DNA from: Chloroflexota bacterium
GTDB lineage: Bacteria; Chloroflexota; UBA11872; VXOZ01
Direction: 5' to 3'
Assembly: GCA_963663275.1 (NCBI GenBank)
Contig: OY760183.1
Coordinates: 1,152,001-1,216,000, forward strand
Length of the DNA: 64,000 bases
Part shown: positions 59,471-64,000 of the stretch, piece after piece
Position numbering within the stretch: the stretch's first letter is position 1
Layout of the letters: each line of letters opens with the position of its first letter
The notes under the pieces: model-generated
The model's input: the letters and a program-made list of their open reading frames with translations, nothing else
The model's database searches: none
What the model was told of the DNA's origin: nothing
Position numbers and translations under genes: made by a program

Positions 59471-59714
59471 CGAAACATCACTCCAGGCCGTAGCGCGGGG
59501 GCTTGTCCCCCGCCGGAGCGTGAGATGCAGAACGTCGGAGGCAGAACGTCAGACGCAGGTTACAAACCTGCGCTACCGGAGGGCGGGACACGGAGGGCGG
59601 GAAGCGGAGAGCGATGCTTCCATTAGGCGGTTGCGTGGCGCGCAACGGCGGACTCTCGTCCGCACACACGATCCAGAGGCAAGGCGCTGAGCTACTTCAC
59701 GGAGGAACAAGAGC

Positions 59715-60302
59715 ATGGCGACCAAAGATGAGTTGCGGGAGAGCGTCCGCCGGAGCTTTCCCGAATTAGCCGAGATTGCGGACGATACGCTGCGGGAGCG
59801 GGTGGTAGAGGCGTGGGCGTTCGCGTTGTCAGAGACCGAGTTCACGTCCATCGAGCAGATTCGCGCCTCCGGCAATCCCACCACGCCCGCCATGAAGTGC
59901 GGCACCCAGGCCGACCACCTGCGCGGCGTGGCGCGCATCGCCCTGAACATGGCCGACGCCCTGGAGCAGGTGGTGGGGCCGTTGGGCATCGACCGTGACC
60001 TGTTGTGCGCCGCCGCGCTCTGCCACGACCTCGGCAAGCCGTTCGAGTTCAGCCCGGCCAACCAGGCGCGCTGGCGGGCCGACCCGCGCAAAGTCGGCTA
60101 CCCCTCGGTGCGCCATCCGGCCTATGGCGTCCACGTCGCGCTCACGGTCGGCCTGCCGGAAGCGATCGTACACACGGCCGGCGCGCACTCCGCCGAGGGC
60201 GAGAACGTGGAACGCAGCCTGGAGAACACCATCGTGAGCCTGGCGGACCACGCGTACTGGACCGTCCTCAGGCGGGCGGGCGCGCTGGATGAGGAAGCAT
60301 AG
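59715..60302 (+). CDS. HD-domain protein
   Basis: HLRGVA, ALCHDLGK, RHPAYG, H...HS, LAD. Confidence 0.85.
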   Translation: MATKDELRESVRRSFPELAEIADDTLRERVVEAWAFALSETEFTSIEQIRASGNPTTPAMKCGTQADHLRGVARIALNMADALEQVVGPLGIDRDLLCAAALCHDLGKPFEFSPANQARWRADPRKVGYPSVRHPAYGVHVALTVGLPEAIVHTAGAHSAEGENVERSLENTIVSLADHAYWTVLRRAGALDEEA

Positions 60303-60436
60303 ACCGGACACGCAAGCAGGCAGTGCGCCGCCGCAGCGCGCTCATAGAATACGCCGCAACGCTGCCGAAGATAGAGAAGCGCCGCGTAAGGACGCCATCA
60401 ACCAAGAGACGTGAGAAGCGAATGAAGGAGACCGGC

Positions 60437-61240
60437 ATGGGCACGTCCGCGATGCGACTCGCCGTGCGCCACATCGTTCACGAGCCGAACCCGCCGCACT
60501 TGCCGTACCGGGAAGAGCACTTTGGATACGTCCATCTTGACATAAGTATTCCGCCGGAGCGGGCGGCCCTGGTGCTGGTTGACTGCTGGGACCGGATCAT
60601 CGTGGAGAGCTTCCAGGAACGCGCCGAGCGCATCTGCGAACACACGATTCGTCCGGCACTGGCGGCCTCCCGCGCGGCCGGGATTACGGTGATTCACGCG
60701 CCTTCACCGCCGGTGGCGGAGAAGTTCCGGCAGTTCTGGCCGCCGGACGCCGCCAGTCAGGAAGCGCCGCCACCACTGGCGGCGCGGGACTGGCCGCCGC
60801 AAGACTTTGCGCACAGGCGCGGTAAGTGGGGGCGTTTGCAGGCCCGGCGCAGCGGCCTCCATCAGGAACAACTCGACCGCATCGACCGCCACCGCTCCAT
60901 CCATCCGGCGGTGCTGCCCGCTGCGGGCGACTACGTCATTGCCACCGGCGCTCAACTCCACGAACTCTGCCGCGAGCGCGGCATCCTCTACCTCTTCTAC
61001 GCTGGGTTTGCCACCAATATCTGCGTGCCGGACCGCGACTACGGCCTGCGCGCCATGCGCGAGCGCGGCTATGCGCTGGTCTTGCTGCGCGACGCCACCA
61101 CCGCCGTGGAGGCCAGGGATACACTGCCCCTGCTGGCCTGCACCAGCGTGATGATCCATCAATTCGAACTGCGCGACGTTGCGGGGACCGTTACGTCCGA
61201 CGAGTTCTTGACGGCCGTGAAAGGGCTGAAAACACCGTAG
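60437..61240 (+). CDS. Isochorismatase-like cysteine hydrolase
   Basis: ALVLVDCW, VIHAPS, GFATNICV, LRDATT. Confidence 0.8.
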   Translation: MGTSAMRLAVRHIVHEPNPPHLPYREEHFGYVHLDISIPPERAALVLVDCWDRIIVESFQERAERICEHTIRPALAASRAAGITVIHAPSPPVAEKFRQFWPPDAASQEAPPPLAARDWPPQDFAHRRGKWGRLQARRSGLHQEQLDRIDRHRSIHPAVLPAAGDYVIATGAQLHELCRERGILYLFYAGFATNICVPDRDYGLRAMRERGYALVLLRDATTAVEARDTLPLLACTSVMIHQFELRDVAGTVTSDEFLTAVKGLKTP

Positions 61241-61407
61241 CCGATCCGTGGGGCAGCCTAGCCCTGATTTGGAAGAGAAGGCCCGTGCAATTGTAAAGGT
61301 ACAGAGGACTACCAGGATAGAGAAGGGGTCCAAAGCAGCCTCAGGGACGTGCGGGCGCTTGTCGCTAAGTTGGAGAAACTCGTGTATCGCTCACAAGGAG
61401 GGGGAGC

Positions 61408-61665
61408 ATGAACCAGGAAGTCATACGCGATCTGAATCACATGGATGAGAACTGGACATCCGAGATCGAGGTGGTACAGGGAACGCACGAAGAGATTACC
61501 GCCATCAAGATGATTCTCAAAGTGAGCGGTCGCCGACGGACAGGCATAGCGCGCGTGCTGTACCAGCGTCCCGTCTTGGAGCACCCTCTTGCGGGAATCG
61601 ATCCCGTGGATGAAGCCACGAACAGAGCGTTCGTCCAGGCCGCAAGTCAATTCGGCATTACGTGA
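61408..61665 (+). CDS. Hypothetical 85-aa protein
   Basis: Strong AAGGAGG RBS before ATG; no recognisable motif. Confidence 0.45.
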   Translation: MNQEVIRDLNHMDENWTSEIEVVQGTHEEITAIKMILKVSGRRRTGIARVLYQRPVLEHPLAGIDPVDEATNRAFVQAASQFGIT

Positions 61666-61794
61666 CGCGGCGAGACTGTCTTCATTTGCCTGCTTGCCGA
61701 AATTTCTCTCTCTGGGTAAATCGTGCACGTGCAGCAACAGAGCCTGTTCCGAACGTGACGCGGTGAAGAATGGGTACCCATTCCAGGACGCTCT

Positions 61795-62724
61795 CTACGA
61801 CTGCGCATACTCCAGCCAGCGCACAAATCCCGACGCGCACCAGTAGTTCGGGTCTCTTTCCGCCAGGGCGATCCACTCGTCCACCACCGGTTGAATGCGC
61901 ATGGAGCGCAGGCGCGCGGAGCCGATCTTCCCGTAAGCAAGCAAGCCCTTTTCGGCAAAGATGTCTTCCGCCACCAGGCGCTTATCCGTGCCGATGCTGG
62001 GCCAGATGCCGTTGCGGGTCCAGCCGCGCACCTGCGCCAGCAGCGCCGCGCGCCGGCCGGGGGCGGCGCGCGCCAGTGCCCGGTGGACCAGGTGCGTCTC
62101 GACGAAGTGCACCATGGTGAGGCGTTGGCAATTGACGCCGATGAGGCAGTAGAAGACGTTCCAATCGTAGAAGCGCTGCCAGGGGCTTGCCGCGGCGAAC
62201 GCGCCGGGGCCCCAGGGGCTTTCACGTTGGCCGGAAGCGCCGTGGTTTGCCGTGAGCGTCGCGGCCCGCGCGCCGATAGCGGCTACCGAGTGCGTGTAGT
62301 GGTTGCTGCGCAGCGCCGCCGGCCGCCGCCGGAAGGTCTCCGGAATCAGCCCGCAGTAGGTGGGCGTTTCCGTGATGCTCCAGAGGTCCCACACGCGGCG
62401 TCTGTCTTTCAGTTCCTGCCAGGAACTCAGCGTCGGCGCGGCAACCGTGCCGGTAGGCCCCACCGCGTCCAGGAAGCCGTCGATGACGGCGTCCGCGCCG
62501 CCGGCCACCGTGCCCATGCTGCTCAGGGAGCTATGGAACAGCGCCGTATCGCCCGCGCCCAGGCCCGCCGCGCGCAGGGCGTCCGCAATGTCCGCCCGCG
62601 TAACGCGCAAAGACGGATCGCCCGGCTCGTGGTCCATGTAGCCCCCGGCGGCGGCCTGCGGCTCCACCCTGGCTTTCACGCGCCGGGCGGATTGCTCCGG
62701 GTTGTCCCTCGATACTACCGTCAC
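61795..62724 (-). CDS. AAC(3)-family N-acetyltransferase
   Basis: GDTALFHSSLSSMG.V.GG, GLIPE.FR, RSNH..HSVAAIG, T.VHFVE; start either GTG 62724 (coupled) or ATG 62637. Confidence 0.85.
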   Translation of the reverse strand: MTVVSRDNPEQSARRVKARVEPQAAAGGYMDHEPGDPSLRVTRADIADALRAAGLGAGDTALFHSSLSSMGTVAGGADAVIDGFLDAVGPTGTVAAPTLSSWQELKDRRRVWDLWSITETPTYCGLIPETFRRRPAALRSNHYTHSVAAIGARAATLTANHGASGQRESPWGPGAFAAASPWQRFYDWNVFYCLIGVNCQRLTMVHFVETHLVHRALARAAPGRRAALLAQVRGWTRNGIWPSIGTDKRLVAEDIFAEKGLLAYGKIGSARLRSMRIQPVVDEWIALAERDPNYWCASGFVRWLEYAQS

Positions 62725-63683
62725 GTCGGGAGCGTGGCGGCCGGCGGCACGACGTCGTCGATCGCGCCGCATTCAGAGGCGGACAGCTTCACCTCGAGCG
62801 CGCCCAGGTTATCCTGGAGTTGCTCCGGCGTGCGCGGGCCGATGATTGGCGCGGTGATGCCGGGTTGCGCCAGCAGCCAGGCGAGAGCCAACTGGCTCAG
62901 TTTGATGCCTTTCGACTTGGCAATTTCCTCCAGGGTTTCCAGCGCGTCGAACGTCGGCGCGTACGCCTCAGAACTAAAGTCCATGCCCCGGTCGGCGAAG
63001 CGCGAGTCGGTGGGGGCGCGCTGGTCCCGCCGGTACTTGCCGGTGAGCCAGCCGCCGGCCAGGGGGCTGAACGGCACAACGCCCAGACCGTACTTGCGCG
63101 TCAGCGGCAGCACCTCGGCCTCAATCGAGCGGTCAAGCACGTTATACAGCGGCTGTTCCGAGACGATCGGCTCGAAACCGTGGCGGTCGCTGGTCCACAG
63201 CGCCTCGCAGAGTTGCCAGCCGGCGAACTTCGACGTGCCAAAATAGAGGATCTTACCCTGGCGCCGCAGGTCTTCCAGCGTGCGCAGGGTTTCCTCGATT
63301 GGCACGGTGGGATCCGGCCGGTGGAGTTGGTAGAGGTCGATGCGGTCGGTGTTGAGCCGCCGCAGGCTGGCGTGCACCTGCTCCATGATGTGGTAGCGGC
63401 TGCTGCCCCGCTCGTTCGGGCCGTCGCCCATGGGGTGGAAGACCTTGGTAGCCAGCACCACTTGGTCGCGGCGGTCGTGAATGGCGCGGCCCACAATCTC
63501 CTCGGCGTAGCCCCTGGGTTCCGAGTAGACGTTCGCCGTGTCCACCACGTTGATGCCGGCGTCCAGCGCGGCGTGTATGAGCGCGATGCCGGTCTCTTCG
63601 GGAATGCGCACGCCGAAATAGGCGGTGCCCAGCCACAACGGCGAGACCTTGACGCCGGCGCTCCCCAGATTGCGGTACTCCAT
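62721..63683 (-). CDS. Aldo/keto reductase
   Basis: MEYRNLG, DTANVY, LATK, SLRRL.TDRIDLYQLH, FSPLAGGWLTGKY. Confidence 0.93.
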   Translation of the reverse strand: MEYRNLGSAGVKVSPLWLGTAYFGVRIPEETGIALIHAALDAGINVVDTANVYSEPRGYAEEIVGRAIHDRRDQVVLATKVFHPMGDGPNERGSSRYHIMEQVHASLRRLNTDRIDLYQLHRPDPTVPIEETLRTLEDLRRQGKILYFGTSKFAGWQLCEALWTSDRHGFEPIVSEQPLYNVLDRSIEAEVLPLTRKYGLGVVPFSPLAGGWLTGKYRRDQRAPTDSRFADRGMDFSSEAYAPTFDALETLEEIAKSKGIKLSQLALAWLLAQPGITAPIIGPRTPEQLQDNLGALEVKLSASECGAIDDVVPPAATLPT

Positions 63684-64000
63684 GTTCTACGCTCCTTGTG
63701 GTTCCGTGTTTCGCTGTCCCCTTAGCATACCGCCTTGCGCCGCTGCGCGTGAAGCGGCGGCTTTCATTTCTCCCGCCGTCCTGTCATACTGAGGCTATCC
63801 CCCCCTACTCTGCAATTGGTTCGTATTGTGCCTGAACCGGGCATGATTCGGCACGCGCATACTCCGGTTGGAATGGGTAGCACCACGCAGGAGCGCGCTT
63901 GAGGCTGCGCGCGGGCGTTACAGAAAGCACGGCAGATGAATCTCGATGGCATTCGCGGGCTCGCCGCCGCCCTGCCGTGGGCGGAGGCGGCGCGGCGTTG

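Noticed and set aside
61795-62724. Bona fide aminoglycoside resistance gene
   Set aside because: Family motifs only; chromosomal metabolic context and no mobile element, so substrate cannot be inferred
63764-64000. CDS at right edge
   Set aside because: No recognisable motif or codon pattern in the visible part

Overview
GC-rich bacterial window. The gene style (Tat/lipoprotein solute-binding protein, multi-module plant-type LRR proteins, many TA pairs, very dense REP-like palindromes) suggests a Chloroflexota-like, possibly sponge-associated organism; this is inference only. Housekeeping content: a NylC-like Ntn hydrolase (partial), a TPP-riboswitch-controlled thiG-thiE-thiS-thiO operon, nitroreductase, uvrA, pheST, a P1B ATPase, tilS, a UbiA prenyltransferase, and acyl-CoA and amide catabolic genes. 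The centre (about 28.8-43.4 kb) is a defence island with a PLD-nuclease/SNF2 helicase, a large N6-adenine methyltransferase with an AT-richer C-terminal specificity region, a DprA/SLOG-like gene and several TA modules. The strongest observation is that the last ~75 bp of the methyltransferase gene recur twice more downstream as orphan, same-orientation copies. They delimit cargo cassettes (a PIN-like protein; a tandem HxH/Cys-domain protein with a clamp-binding-like tail; TIR + 3-TM protein + TIR), which looks like a cassette array anchored on the MTase 3' end. A second theme is a hierarchy of small selfish DNAs: several REP families, three MITE families and an IS481 that insert into REP hairpin loops, and REP-derived tandem amplifications kept in frame inside uvrA, the MTase, tilS/ubiA and a FadN-like gene. 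No CRISPR array, tRNA or rRNA was found. All family calls come from motif recognition, not database searches.
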